DNA of 64,000 nt, from contig CAIKHN010000019.1 in NCBI GenBank assembly GCA_903827265.1, forward strand, positions 11,814 to 75,813. Reading direction: 5' to 3'. Shown piece after piece: positions 20,215 through 30,968 of the stretch. The position numbers and the translations under genes were made by a program. Position 1 is the stretch's first letter, and each line of letters opens with the position of its first letter. This DNA comes from Candidatus Uhrbacteria bacterium. Its GTDB lineage: Bacteria > Patescibacteriota > Patescibacteriia > UBA9934. The notes under the pieces were generated by a model that worked only from the letters and a program-made list of their open reading frames with translations, did no database searches and was not told where the DNA came from.

Positions 20215-20507
20215 TTAAAGACTATAAAATACCTCAACCGAGACTCCACTTTCGAGACATTCTTTTTTCTGGCGCTGATGCTCCTGGTTAATGGCGCGAT
20301 CCATATTTCCCGATTTCACAGCGTCACTAATGCCGACGGTATACCAATCATCACCGAGAGAAAAAACAAGAACAGACTCGAATGTTCCCCCTTCTTCTTT
20401 AATAGTAGATTTCGCTTCGTCCCGAAGAGAAGTGTTCAGTTTTTCACACCAAGACTTCCATTGTTCCAATTTCCCAGATTGAATTTTGTACACTCGAGCA
20501 TGCATAT
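20215..20507 (-). CDS. Small hypothetical protein immediately downstream of the giant protein gene
   Basis: ORF. The likely start is MHARVYKIQSG, just after the giant gene's stop at 20556. Confidence 0.45.
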
Positions 20508-20555
20508 TATTCTGGCGAGAAGAAAAACGAGCAGAGCTGCTCGTTTTTCTTTTGC

Positions 20556-23500
20556 TTATGGGGTTACCGTAATGACCCCATCGTAATAAACCCAAGGATC
20601 AGTAGCTAATTTGTCAGCGCTATCTGAATTTGGATATTCCTTGTAATTACATTCGTCACTTGTCTTTGGATCATCATCAAACTTCCCATCATTATCAAAG
20701 CAGCTTGATGTCCCATCTGCGTTGTACGAGGAATCTGTCGCGTCGCAAGTTCCGGTACAGAAGCCCCAATTGTCACGGATGTGGACTCGAGGACGGTAGG
20801 TGCAGGACACGCCAGGGTTTGTGGTACATGGAGCGTTGTCGTAAATGCCGTCGCTGTCGGTGTCTGCACAGGCGGTCGTTACCTTTGAAGGATTACACGT
20901 GTAGATGTGATTGTAACTGAAGTAATTTGCATCACAGCTATCAGCGTTCATTCCCCATTCGTATGTCGAATCGGTCGTCGCAGTGTCGCAGATAGACACC
21001 TCTTTGCCGTCCTGCAACCCACGATGGTTCTTGTAGAAGTTATCGGTGGTTACTGAGCCGGTAACATCAGCTCCGTCGCCCCAATCCACGATAATTCGGC
21101 GAAGCGGCAATTGGTTCTTGTCTGCTGCCGCGTAGAACTTGAGGTATGCACGGTAGAACGAATCGCCAGTAACATCGCCGTCATTTTGATCGTTCAACGT
21201 GAGGCTGTGCGATTGGTCCTCCTCGCATTCATCGTTGTAACAGTTATTCATATCCACCGCCCACACCGACGGCGCTTTTCCGTTAGCGATACGTTCATCC
21301 CATGTGGTGTCGACAGTCTTCGTGAATCCCGCAACACCGAACGCATCGTTCTGTGGTGTTCCGGTGGAATCCGTTTCCGCATACTCGTATCCTCCAGTCG
21401 AGGCGTTATACACGCCGTCAGAATACAGTCGTCCGTAATCTGCTCGGGCAAAGAAGTCCTTCACGATTCCTGACCAACCAGATCCACTATCTGCAGCACC
21501 GGTTGCGATATCGGTCCACGATGCAGTTCCAGAAACGAAGCCAACAGTTCCGCCAGTAGTCGTTCCATTATTTCCATCCGCGTATCGAGAAATACCGAGC
21601 GCGAAGTCCGTGAACGCACGCGATTCTGGATTCGTGAAATCCGCACCATTGTTATCATCTGCGCTTCCTGATGCACATGACGAATCATGCGTCGTACTTG
21701 AAACGTCCAAATTTGGTGCCGAGAAGACATAGTAATTGAGACCCGTTGTTCCGAGATAGTCCGATTCTGTGGTGTAACACGATGCAACTACCGGTGGGCG
21801 TTCCAGTGTTTCGGTGGAGATTGTTCGGCCGAATGGTGCACGTGGAGAATCTGGATTGTACGCGAAGTTCTCAAACCCAGCGCCAACCTGCGCCGCGAAC
21901 GGAGCGTCGGTCGATTCGTAATTTGTTTTGTTCAACAGCCTGTCCGTATACGGTGCTGCACCGTTATCGTTCGTGTCCGCCATCACCACCGCAGTCTCCG
22001 CACAACCAATGAAGATGTTCGCGTTGCTGTTCAGACTTCCGTATGTCGCATCTTCAGAAGCGGCAACAGTGTAATCATTCCAGTTCGATCCGAACGTTCG
22101 CAACGATGTTGTTCCGTCACCCAGTTGACGACCCTTTACTGTACAGTCCTGAACGTTGTCGGCATACGTTGTGAAATCTGAAGGGTCTTTAATTAAGTAC
22201 CGATCAAACTTCCAACCACCAGCGTCAGCATATGTATCAATATGGTAGTCCTTTGCGATACCGACCGGCTCAACGCCGCCGTCACAATATCCTGCATCAT
22301 CTATTGCACCAACCGGTACACAAACGTACGGACAATCTGCATCAGCGCCGTTGTTACATGTTGCCGAATACGTATTGTCATATGCGGCGCTTCCTTCAGA
22401 GCGTGGGCCTTGCACCGAGAAATACCCCGGCGGACATGAAACCGATCCTGTGCACCATTGATCGCTTGGAATATCTATCGCGTTCGCCTCAGCACAGAGC
22501 ATTTTTGCTCCACCTGCGAATGTGAAATCTGTTCCGTGTTCCGCAGATGTCGGATTCAGGTCTGCGAACGGCGCGACGCTTGCGCAGTATTCGGTTTCCG
22601 CAAAGTATCCCGCACTCGTGTACTTGCCGTACAAGTCGGTGCTTCCTGCCAACTGATCCACCGGCAGCCACGTGATACACGCGTTCTCTTTTCTATCGCC
22701 AAGAATGTTCGTTGAAGAATCGTGTTCCAAACAATAGCCGTCCATACCAAGAACTTCATCGATCTTCGATACTTTTGTACATGTACCGCCGCCGGCCTCG
22801 CAATGCGCCTCACTATGCACATACCCTAACGTAGCATCAGCGTCCGTATCACTATCCGACGTACAGAATTCGCCGTCGTTTTCACCGCCAACACACAAGT
22901 CAATAAGCGATGTGAAGCTTGGCTGGAAGCTTCCATCCGTTCCAACGTAAAGCACTTTTGATCCGTACGTGGCTTTTGTATATGAACAGTCACAATCTTC
23001 TCCAGCGAGACATGTTTTTGCGTTATCAAAACCCGTTCGATACGCCGTAGGAATAGCTCCAAGCGATTCATCGCTGCTCGTTCTGTCCGCAGCGCTCATC
23101 CAATCGGTAACAACAACATTTGGGAACGGACTATTAATTTCCGGATACCCTCGACAGCTCTTTGCTTCTGAATCACCAACATCGAATGTACTGCCCTGTG
23201 GAGTAAGAACACATTCATCACGAAGACATGTTCCTGATTTAAAGTTCACCGACGGATAGAATGTTTCGCCACTTGAACATGCTGCATTCTTGTCATACTG
23301 GCTGTAGTCCTCTATTACTCCGTCACTTCCCTGCTTTGCGCAGACGCCGCCCAAGCACGATTCTGTCGATCCACAATCTGCGCTCGACGTACAAACCGTT
23401 GTCGACACCGTGTAACACGAACCAATCAGACACGAACCGCCCTCTGATCCGCAGCTTGCTGTCGAGGCACACGGCGATCCCGTGTTCTCGCAATATCCAA

Positions 23501-26500
23501 CGGAACACGATGCGCCAAAGGCTTCGTCACAGCTTCCAGCAACAAAGGCTAAACGGTAATCCGAACCCGTATCCGCATCAGGATCAGAGATATCTTTCTG
23601 CGTTAACTGATCAACCGGCAATTCACCAGGAATTGCGTAGCCAGAATACTCCTCGCCATACCAGCTCACGTCGCGCTGTGCGTAAGTGTCAACGTCGAGC
23701 ACTGTTGCGGCACCATCCGTTTTCCATGCAGAACAGAACGACGCATTACCTGCCGTGGAATATTGCGTACACAAACCAATATCGCCACAAATGGTCTTGT
23801 AACTATTGGTGCGCTCATCCCATGTTGTTTGCGCATCGGAACAACTCAACCACTCGCTACACTCGCGATCGCGGTTCACCTTCAAAACAATGTTTGCGTC
23901 ATTAGATAATCGCGTACCGGTTTCACATGTTCCATTCACCGTTTCTCCGGATTCGCTCGTGAGTGGACGACAATCAGAATCGTCATAACACGAACCGTCT
24001 TCAATGGTGGACGACGAGCTTCCGTTGATGTCGTAGTACGCCGATGCATCGTACGTACAACGATTTGCACACAAATCGACGCTCGCACCAGTTGTGGAGG
24101 TGATTGTTGATGTATCGCTACAGTCGATGGGATCAGCAAATCCATTTGGTGCGCCGCCGAACAACACGTCGGCATGTTTACTTGCGACGTATGACGCGCT
24201 CATGTTTGCCGTTTTCGATGGCTCTGCGCTGTCGTTAAACAATCCGCAACCTTCTTTCTGGCTTACTTGGCCGTTGCACTTCTGGCTATCTGGCAAGCTG
24301 TTGTCTTCCAATGAATCATTGTTCAAATAGAAGTAGCTTGTGCCATCGGCGCTGCCATACAAATCTTTCTGTGTAAGGTCGGTCAAATCCTGGAACTCAG
24401 AGCAGCTGTCGTACTTCGCTAAACACGTTCCAACCCAATTGCTGTAATCTGCATCACCGTTCTTCCAAATTCCCGATGTATCGCCACCAATGACGTATTG
24501 AGGCTCGCCCGTCGTTGGATCCGTCGCGCACAGCTCAGCTGGATTCGTTCCTGTCTTGAACCATCCACTGTATTTCACGTTATCAACCGTGACATCAGTG
24601 CGGTACTCACATGTCTGATTCTGCGGATCCTTAAAGTAATGCACAGTGTTCGTTTTATCCGTCCACGCATTACAGAACAATTCTTTTTCTGAACACAATG
24701 TTGTTGCGTAATCTGCTGGCGTGTTCATGAGGTACGTGCTCGTCCAGCTCTCTACCGCGGTGTGATCCTGGCTAAACACCGGCAAACCAACTTCCATACA
24801 GCCCGCAACGTCAGACGAACACTCGACGTCAGAATTCACCACCAAGAACACGTCTTTGTCTGCTGGTGACACCACGGTCGACGCTGCATACGAAAGATGT
24901 GGAGAAAGCGATCCGGTTGCTGTAAATGCCGTTGGAGGAACATACCAATCAAGATTGAAGTCGCAGCTTGAAGATCCAACGCCAATCGTACAAAGGAACT
25001 GACTGCTCGTGTCATATGCTGTTCCGGCGCTATTCAATGCGTAGTAACACGACGTCGCTTCTGTTGCGACAGAACCGTCGATCGTTCCACAATTTCCGCC
25101 ATACACCGACGCTGTTGTTGCATCGGATTCTTGCGTAAGGAAGTATGCAGAACAGCCAACCTGGGATTCTTCACACAACGAACTAAAGCTCTTCTCGTTT
25201 GATGCATCGCCGTTTTGATCTGTGTACTCCTGACATCCCAACATGTACTGCGGCGATGAAATTCCCTCGGCAGTTTCGTCACATGATGCTGGAGTTACCC
25301 ACGAATCCTTAATGACGTCGATATTATCCTCACCCTCACGCAAGACGACGTTATCAATAAAGAATTCGTCAGCTGTCGATCCTGGCGTAAAGACGAGTGC
25401 AGAAGCGCCGTTCCCGAAACTTGGGTAGTCCGTACTATTCATGTCGAGCGGACCGTAAGAATACTCGTTCCAATCGGTATCAAGTTCGATCGCTGTCTTG
25501 AAGAATGATGCATCAATTGCACCGGATCCACTTAAGGACGTATCGAATCCAACCATGAGGGTTCCGGTTCCCTTTGCCCAGAACGACACGGTATATGTTT
25601 TCCCTGCGAACAACTCTTGGCTCAATGTTCCGCATGTCTGTTCGCCATTTGCAACGGTACATGTTCCGCCGAGTGTTCCAGGTCCAACCGCGCAGCCACC
25701 GTCGGTTGTACATGTCGCTGCATTGTCGCCAACGTACGTCCAAACAGATTCTCCAGCCGACGACAGCGAGTGACCGTCGGTTGCAATAGATTCGTTCGAG
25801 AGCGTCACGTCGGTTGCGCTAGCGGCGTCCCAGTTGGTCAAATCACCATCCTCAAAGTATTCCGTCATTGCCTGACGGCTGTTACGACTTCGGCCGCCAG
25901 TGTATTCACGGCATCCCGACTGTTTTTCAGAACATGTCGTGCTTTCGTCAGCATAACCGTAATAGCGACATTCTGCAGTTGCAGTGTCGAAATATCCGCC
26001 AGAACTTTCACAATTCGATTGTTGCGTTGTGGTATCTGCGCCAGTAACGCTTGTTTTGCGGTACGTCACACACGAATCGCTCACCGTTACCGTCTGCGAC
26101 CAGAATCGGTAATGAATGACGCCGTTCGCATCATAAAACTCACGGCAGTCTGGATTTTTAATGGTGTCGTCATGTTCATCACAACTTGCACTGTCGGTAT
26201 CGAGATTTCCATCACCGTTTGAATCATCGTCACACGTGATTCCTGTTGCTGTTGCATTCCAATTTGTACATGGCGCAGAACCTGGAGCGCTATCAGTTCC
26301 AAGACTTCCTGCATACGGATCCATCGTAACAAGATCCGATTCCACCAAATTCCATGTCTTCAACTGGTAGCCATCGGTATCCGATCCTTCCCATGTGTAA
26401 AACACCGCAGCGTCATCAGACGTTGTCGAGTTTTCTGCAGCTTGATCGGTCGTTAAACATGCACGCAAATTGGTGAAGTACGACGTTGCCTCTGAGGCGA

Positions 26501-29366
26501 TATTCGTAAATTCATCACAACCCACGGCCTGAGCCGGACATGTGTCGGCAGTATCTGGAATAAAATACACTGGGAAATCACCTTCCGGTTCGTAGCGTGT
26601 CGGCTCCTGCTTAAAGGTGTCGTATCCAACACATTCCGACGGACACGAATCAAGGCTGTCGGTAATGCCAGCAATGGAAGGATCGCCGTTTGTTGGCGTG
26701 TACAACGAACATCCGACGTTCTTTTCCGAACACACGGTTGCGTAATTCCCACATTCTGCAGGATCTGTTGCGCTATCGCCGGTGCATCCCAAATACGTTG
26801 GAGCAACCTTCACATACGCCAAGTCGAGCGTGCTGCTGCTGTAGCCTTCGTGATAACTCGATGCCGACGACTCCTGTTCGAGCTGCATGTCGTCATACCA
26901 CAATGCGTTGCCCATGACGCCAACAGTTGCAGTGATTTCGGCAGTGCGATCGGTCAACGTTGGAACGGTAAATGTACAGGAGAATCGCTCGTAATCAGTA
27001 TCGACCGGCGTACTTGTAAGGAAATCAAGCTCATTCTTGTTTGCGTACAACGCACAGTCACCATCAAGCGCAAACCCCGTGAAGTCGACGGTTTCTCCGG
27101 TGCTTGCATCGAGCGCAATCCATGCATTCGTAGAAATACCGCTCGTTGCTTGCGCGGCATAAAATGAAAGCGTGTACTCCGCGCCTTGAGTAAGAACAAT
27201 TCCCTCTTGCGAGTAACTACTCGTACCACCTGGTTTCACCGCGTCAGATCCATCGAGCATCGCCGTTCCGTCGGTACTATATGTTCCGCTTGATCCGGAA
27301 GAAATCCAGCCGTCTGGAACACCATCACTATCAACGTCTTTCTCAAATGACGGATTCGCAATCATGTTCAACGTCGTGCCATCGGTGCGGGAAACGAGTT
27401 CTTTACATCCGGCGTCCGTCGACTCACAGTCCGCAACTTCCGCTGTGAAATAGATTCGGTTCTTATAGATGTCGTTTGCAGACTCTGCAGCCGCGAGCTT
27501 TGCCGATGTTGTGTAGTCTGGGAATGCGAATGTACCAGTGCCGTCGTCGACTTTCTGCGTGTCATACCACAAACATCCTGTCGAATCCGCAGTACAATTA
27601 TCAGAATTCGTGGTATTCGAAAGGAAGTTTGCACTCTTGCCGTTTGGATCTTCGTAGCTGGTGCACGATGCGTAGTAATCCGGACACGACTCTCCACGGA
27701 AACGCCAGACGTTTTCCTCGCGAACACAATATCCATAACCACCAGTACAATTTCCGTCGCTGTCTTCGTCGATACAGCTTGGCATGTCAACACAAACATC
27801 CTGACGTTCATCGGTTACAGATGCAACCAATTGCTCGCCATACACCTGTGCCTTGCATTGCGTTTCTGGATATTTCAGCACCCAATCTGGATCAATCAAA
27901 TGGCACCATGGGTGACTATCGTCCAACTCGCCCTGATCGTTACATGTGGTAAATGCGTTCACCACTTCGCCGAGTGTCACTGGGCTATTTTCTGTGTTTG
28001 CCGTTGACTCTGCAGCCAATTCCCAACCGGTTGAAATAATACGAGCCTTCCGAAGCTTCACGAGGTTGCCATGACAGTATCCATAGCTGTAACAGAATGG
28101 ATCCTGATCACGGGCAGTATCCGACGACGGGATAAGTGGCCACGAACTCTTCAAAAGCCCTTGCTCGATTGCATCGGCGATCGTAAGGGCAGAACCAGAA
28201 TCAGCTCGAGACACCGCAGTAACTAACGACGAATCCGCCACACAGTTGTACAACGATTTTCCTGACGACGGACATGCGCTAAATTCCTGCAGCTGGCTAT
28301 AATTCTCCACGGAAAGCGGAGTAGCAGTTAAGAAACTACGGAACGACTGTCGAGCATCCTCAGCGTTACTGCTTGCAACGCTATCAGCACTAAATGGATT
28401 AATCGACGACTGGTCAAGTCCACCAAACAATCCGTCGTACACTTTTTCGGTAATTTTGGAGAGAAGCGTGTTCGTGAACACCGAACCTGCGTGCTTCGCG
28501 ATCTGCAACAATACTTCTTTGTCGCCAAGAGCCTGAACCGCGATTTGATTTCGAATGCTATCAGATGCAGACATTGTCGCGTCGAGTCGCTTCTGAATGA
28601 TTTCTGCAGGCGTTTCTACTTTTCCGGTAATGAAATCCGTTTGCGGCTTAAAGAAACCTGAAAACATTTCACGAAGCGTGCTGTTCGCTGCATCAGTTTG
28701 CGCCTTGTTCAGCACATCGCTGTACAACTGAATTCCAACGGAAAGATCGTTCGACTTTGGGTTGTATGCCTCAGCGAGTTTTGTAATGACTAACGAATTT
28801 TTTCCAAATGGATCCGTCGCCATTGATGCAACGTCACTCAAAAATCCGCCCCAGTTATCCTGAACCGCATTCCATTCACACGCTGGCTTTGGACGATGAA
28901 ACGCGCTTTGAATGCCGAATTTAAACGCGAGCGTGACGCCTGAGGCGTTTGGTTCACACAAGCTGAAGTTTCCCAAAATTCCCGTGTCATCAATTGCGCC
29001 AAGTGCTTCGCCGGCGACCGATGCACCGTAGTCAGAAAAATACTCTTCCGCAGAACGGTTATCGAACAACGGATCTCCGCCGTTTCCACCAGAAGCAATG
29101 AAAACTGCGGCATCGTATGCCAAACGATCGGTTGCGTACGTCACGGTGTTAATCAGCGCTGTGGAAACGGAAGCAACGAGTGCGGTTTGCCCAAGATACT
29201 TTAAGGCGCTCAAAATCCACTCAGTGATACGAGGCGCGTCAGCGTCAGTACTCACCGGAATAACCGCGTATGCTGTTTTTGGCGCAAAAATGGCGGCCGA
29301 CGAAAATGTGAATATCGCAAGCCCAAGAAGGAGCGTCGCACCAAATTTTCGGAAGCGGTCCGTCAT
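20556..29366 (-). CDS. Giant secreted protein (2936 aa), rich in Cys, Asp, Thr, Ser and Gly. Contains a recurring C-x-E-x3-G-C-x2-[YW]-T module
   Basis: Signal peptide MTDRFRKFGATLLLGLAIFTFSSAAIFAPKTAYA. Repeated motifs CSEKNVGCSLYT, CSEKQSGCREYT, CSEKELFCNAWT, CEESQVGCSAYF and LGCQEYTD, spaced about 150-250 aa apart. Single uninterrupted ORF. Confidence 0.8.
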   Translation of the reverse strand: MTDRFRKFGATLLLGLAIFTFSSAAIFAPKTAYAVIPVSTDADAPRITEWILSALKYLGQTALVASVSTALINTVTYATDRLAYDAAVFIASGGNGGDPLFDNRSAEEYFSDYGASVAGEALGAIDDTGILGNFSLCEPNASGVTLAFKFGIQSAFHRPKPACEWNAVQDNWGGFLSDVASMATDPFGKNSLVITKLAEAYNPKSNDLSVGIQLYSDVLNKAQTDAANSTLREMFSGFFKPQTDFITGKVETPAEIIQKRLDATMSASDSIRNQIAVQALGDKEVLLQIAKHAGSVFTNTLLSKITEKVYDGLFGGLDQSSINPFSADSVASSNAEDARQSFRSFLTATPLSVENYSQLQEFSACPSSGKSLYNCVADSSLVTAVSRADSGSALTIADAIEQGLLKSSWPLIPSSDTARDQDPFCYSYGYCHGNLVKLRKARIISTGWELAAESTANTENSPVTLGEVVNAFTTCNDQGELDDSHPWCHLIDPDWVLKYPETQCKAQVYGEQLVASVTDERQDVCVDMPSCIDEDSDGNCTGGYGYCVREENVWRFRGESCPDYYASCTSYEDPNGKSANFLSNTTNSDNCTADSTGCLWYDTQKVDDGTGTFAFPDYTTSAKLAAAESANDIYKNRIYFTAEVADCESTDAGCKELVSRTDGTTLNMIANPSFEKDVDSDGVPDGWISSGSSGTYSTDGTAMLDGSDAVKPGGTSSYSQEGIVLTQGAEYTLSFYAAQATSGISTNAWIALDASTGETVDFTGFALDGDCALYANKNELDFLTSTPVDTDYERFSCTFTVPTLTDRTAEITATVGVMGNALWYDDMQLEQESSASSYHEGYSSSTLDLAYVKVAPTYLGCTGDSATDPAECGNYATVCSEKNVGCSLYTPTNGDPSIAGITDSLDSCPSECVGYDTFKQEPTRYEPEGDFPVYFIPDTADTCPAQAVGCDEFTNIASEATSYFTNLRACLTTDQAAENSTTSDDAAVFYTWEGSDTDGYQLKTWNLVESDLVTMDPYAGSLGTDSAPGSAPCTNWNATATGITCDDDSNGDGNLDTDSASCDEHDDTIKNPDCREFYDANGVIHYRFWSQTVTVSDSCVTYRKTSVTGADTTTQQSNCESSGGYFDTATAECRYYGYADESTTCSEKQSGCREYTGGRSRNSRQAMTEYFEDGDLTNWDAASATDVTLSNESIATDGHSLSSAGESVWTYVGDNAATCTTDGGCAVGPGTLGGTCTVANGEQTCGTLSQELFAGKTYTVSFWAKGTGTLMVGFDTSLSGSGAIDASFFKTAIELDTDWNEYSYGPLDMNSTDYPSFGNGASALVFTPGSTADEFFIDNVVLREGEDNIDVIKDSWVTPASCDETAEGISSPQYMLGCQEYTDQNGDASNEKSFSSLCEESQVGCSAYFLTQESDATTASVYGGNCGTIDGSVATEATSCYYALNSAGTAYDTSSQFLCTIGVGSSSCDFNLDWYVPPTAFTATGSLSPHLSYAASTVVSPADKDVFLVVNSDVECSSDVAGCMEVGLPVFSQDHTAVESWTSTYLMNTPADYATTLCSEKELFCNAWTDKTNTVHYFKDPQNQTCEYRTDVTVDNVKYSGWFKTGTNPAELCATDPTTGEPQYVIGGDTSGIWKNGDADYSNWVGTCLAKYDSCSEFQDLTDLTQKDLYGSADGTSYFYLNNDSLEDNSLPDSQKCNGQVSQKEGCGLFNDSAEPSKTANMSASYVASKHADVLFGGAPNGFADPIDCSDTSTITSTTGASVDLCANRCTYDASAYYDINGSSSSTIEDGSCYDDSDCRPLTSESGETVNGTCETGTRLSNDANIVLKVNRDRECSEWLSCSDAQTTWDERTNSYKTICGDIGLCTQYSTAGNASFCSAWKTDGAATVLDVDTYAQRDVSWYGEEYSGYAIPGELPVDQLTQKDISDPDADTGSDYRLAFVAGSCDEAFGASCSVGYCENTGSPCASTASCGSEGGSCLIGSCYTVSTTVCTSSADCGSTESCLGGVCAKQGSDGVIEDYSQYDKNAACSSGETFYPSVNFKSGTCLRDECVLTPQGSTFDVGDSEAKSCRGYPEINSPFPNVVVTDWMSAADRTSSDESLGAIPTAYRTGFDNAKTCLAGEDCDCSYTKATYGSKVLYVGTDGSFQPSFTSLIDLCVGGENDGEFCTSDSDTDADATLGYVHSEAHCEAGGGTCTKVSKIDEVLGMDGYCLEHDSSTNILGDRKENACITWLPVDQLAGSTDLYGKYTSAGYFAETEYCASVAPFADLNPTSAEHGTDFTFAGGAKMLCAEANAIDIPSDQWCTGSVSCPPGYFSVQGPRSEGSAAYDNTYSATCNNGADADCPYVCVPVGAIDDAGYCDGGVEPVGIAKDYHIDTYADAGGWKFDRYLIKDPSDFTTYADNVQDCTVKGRQLGDGTTSLRTFGSNWNDYTVAASEDATYGSLNSNANIFIGCAETAVVMADTNDNGAAPYTDRLLNKTNYESTDAPFAAQVGAGFENFAYNPDSPRAPFGRTISTETLERPPVVASCYTTESDYLGTTGLNYYVFSAPNLDVSSTTHDSSCASGSADDNNGADFTNPESRAFTDFALGISRYADGNNGTTTGGTVGFVSGTASWTDIATGAADSGSGWSGIVKDFFARADYGRLYSDGVYNASTGGYEYAETDSTGTPQNDAFGVAGFTKTVDTTWDERIANGKAPSVWAVDMNNCYNDECEEDQSHSLTLNDQNDGDVTGDSFYRAYLKFYAAADKNQLPLRRIIVDWGDGADVTGSVTTDNFYKNHRGLQDGKEVSICDTATTDSTYEWGMNADSCDANYFSYNHIYTCNPSKVTTACADTDSDGIYDNAPCTTNPGVSCTYRPRVHIRDNWGFCTGTCDATDSSYNADGTSSCFDNDGKFDDDPKTSDECNYKEYPNSDSADKLATDPWVYYDGVITVTP

Positions 29367-29372
29367 ACGCGA

Positions 29373-30095
29373 TTACTGGGTAGTTTGAGGAGATACTGTC
29401 ACGTCCGTTGCTGAAGTCGATGCAGAAGAAGACGTGTCGGCAGCTGCGGCGTCTTCAACTTGCATTTGTGTAATTGCTTGAGAGAGTGCCGCACGAAGAT
29501 CGTCGTCAGAAAGCGCATTAATAGCCGCTGCATCACCGCCAGATTCAATAAGCAAGGTTCGAATTTGGTCTGTCGTCATTGCCGAAAGCGTTGCGCCAAT
29601 GTCCACCGTTGTTGGCACTGCATCTGGCGCAGGAGTTGATCCGGCACTGTCTGCGACCTGCTCAATAAATGTTCCTTGAAGCGTAACCGGATTCACAACA
29701 TCAGCAATCGCGGTTGCACACGGCATTGTTGGTGCGCAATTTGGATCTTGGCCTTGCGTTACCTCGGTTTTATCCTCCGTGCCGTCGCTGTCGGAATCTT
29801 TCAAGTAAGGGCTTGTTTTGTACACGTACAGCTCGGTGTAATCATCGATGCCATCGCTGTCGGTATCTTTTTTCTTTAACGACTCCATTTCCTGCTGCTG
29901 CTTCTCGTCACCAGTCAAGAACTTCGGTCCGACGTACGAAACCACAAATGGAGCAGCGACGTGCTTCCACAAAAAGAACACGCCAAAAATCAACGCAAGC
30001 GATCCAAAACCAACCACCATGCCTAAGCCCGTTTTTTGCTCGCGGCTAAGCACTGGTTTTTTTCGCGTGATGATAATTCTTTCTCCCTCCGCCAT
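29373..30095 (-). CDS. Membrane-anchored protein with thrombospondin-type-3-like Ca-binding repeats (DTDSDGIDDYTE, DSDSDGTEDKTE) and an acidic Ala-rich tail
   Basis: TM helix LGMVVGFGSLALIFGVFFLW. Two DxDxDGxxDxxE motifs. Its stop is 6 nt upstream of the giant gene's start. The track begins the ORF at a GTG at 30125. Confidence 0.6.
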   Translation of the reverse strand: MAEGERIIITRKKPVLSREQKTGLGMVVGFGSLALIFGVFFLWKHVAAPFVVSYVGPKFLTGDEKQQQEMESLKKKDTDSDGIDDYTELYVYKTSPYLKDSDSDGTEDKTEVTQGQDPNCAPTMPCATAIADVVNPVTLQGTFIEQVADSAGSTPAPDAVPTTVDIGATLSAMTTDQIRTLLIESGGDAAAINALSDDDLRAALSQAITQMQVEDAAAADTSSSASTSATDVTVSPQTTQ

Positions 30096-30176
30096 ACGCG
30101 CAATATCGTAGGGCAAGTATAACACTGCAAGGGGGTGAACACGGATCTTGTATACACAGGAACACGAAGCTGTTCT

Positions 30177-30935
30177 CTATGTGTTCAATGCAGAAAAAAG
30201 CTTCACCCAGTCTTCAGTTTTCAGCTCCTGCGGGCGGACGGTTTTGGGATAGCCGAACGATTCGATCGCGGCATCGATAACGACAAGATCGGCGACGTTC
30301 GCCTGCGCGAGTGTTTGGCGAAGTTGTTTACGGCGGTGAGCAAAGCCAAGCTTTGCAAGAGCGATAATCGATTCGCGACCAGATCCCCCAGCCTTCGTCG
30401 TCATGCGCAGCACCATCGAATCGATTTTTGGCGGAGGAATGAAAGCACCGGGTTTTACAATAAAAAGTCGTTCAACGTCGCAATAGAGCTGTGTCGCGAC
30501 AGAAAGCACGCTCATCTCCCCCGCTTTTGCCATCATGCGCTCCCCCACTTCTTTTTGAACCATCACTACCAGCTGACGCGGCGGATTTTTAGAGGTAAAA
30601 ATCTTCTCAAGAATCGCGTTCCCTGCATTGTACGGAAGGTTGCTCACGAACACCCACGGCCGACCTTGAGTGATTGCGTCATAGTCGACTAGCGCAGCAT
30701 CGGCCTGAACAATATCGGCTTGAGGGAATCGATCGTGAAGAGACGGAATAAGGTCGCGATCAGCTTCGATGAGCGTCAGAATGCCCAGCGCGAGCTCGGA
30801 TAATCCCTCCGTCAACGCGCCGGCCCCAGGTCCGACCTCGATCAAAAGCTCGCCAGACCCAACCGAAACCGCATCAACAATCTTTGCGATGATGTTCTTA
30901 TCGTGGAGAAAATGCTGGCCGAAGGATTTTTTCAT
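30177..30935 (-). CDS. rsmA: 16S rRNA (adenine1518/1519-N6)-dimethyltransferase
   Basis: MKKSFGQHFLHDKNIIAKIV...EVGPGAGALT. Confidence 0.85.
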   Translation of the reverse strand: MKKSFGQHFLHDKNIIAKIVDAVSVGSGELLIEVGPGAGALTEGLSELALGILTLIEADRDLIPSLHDRFPQADIVQADAALVDYDAITQGRPWVFVSNLPYNAGNAILEKIFTSKNPPRQLVVMVQKEVGERMMAKAGEMSVLSVATQLYCDVERLFIVKPGAFIPPPKIDSMVLRMTTKAGGSGRESIIALAKLGFAHRRKQLRQTLAQANVADLVVIDAAIESFGYPKTVRPQELKTEDWVKLFSALNT

Positions 30936-30968
30936 GATGGGGTCAGGTCTTGAATCTTGAATTCTCAA

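Noticed and set aside
20556-29366. Diversity-generating retroelement (DGR) target hypothesis for the giant protein, M23 tail or lipoprotein
   Set aside because: No reverse transcriptase ORF is present in the window. No template/variable repeat pair differing at adenines could be found in this window.
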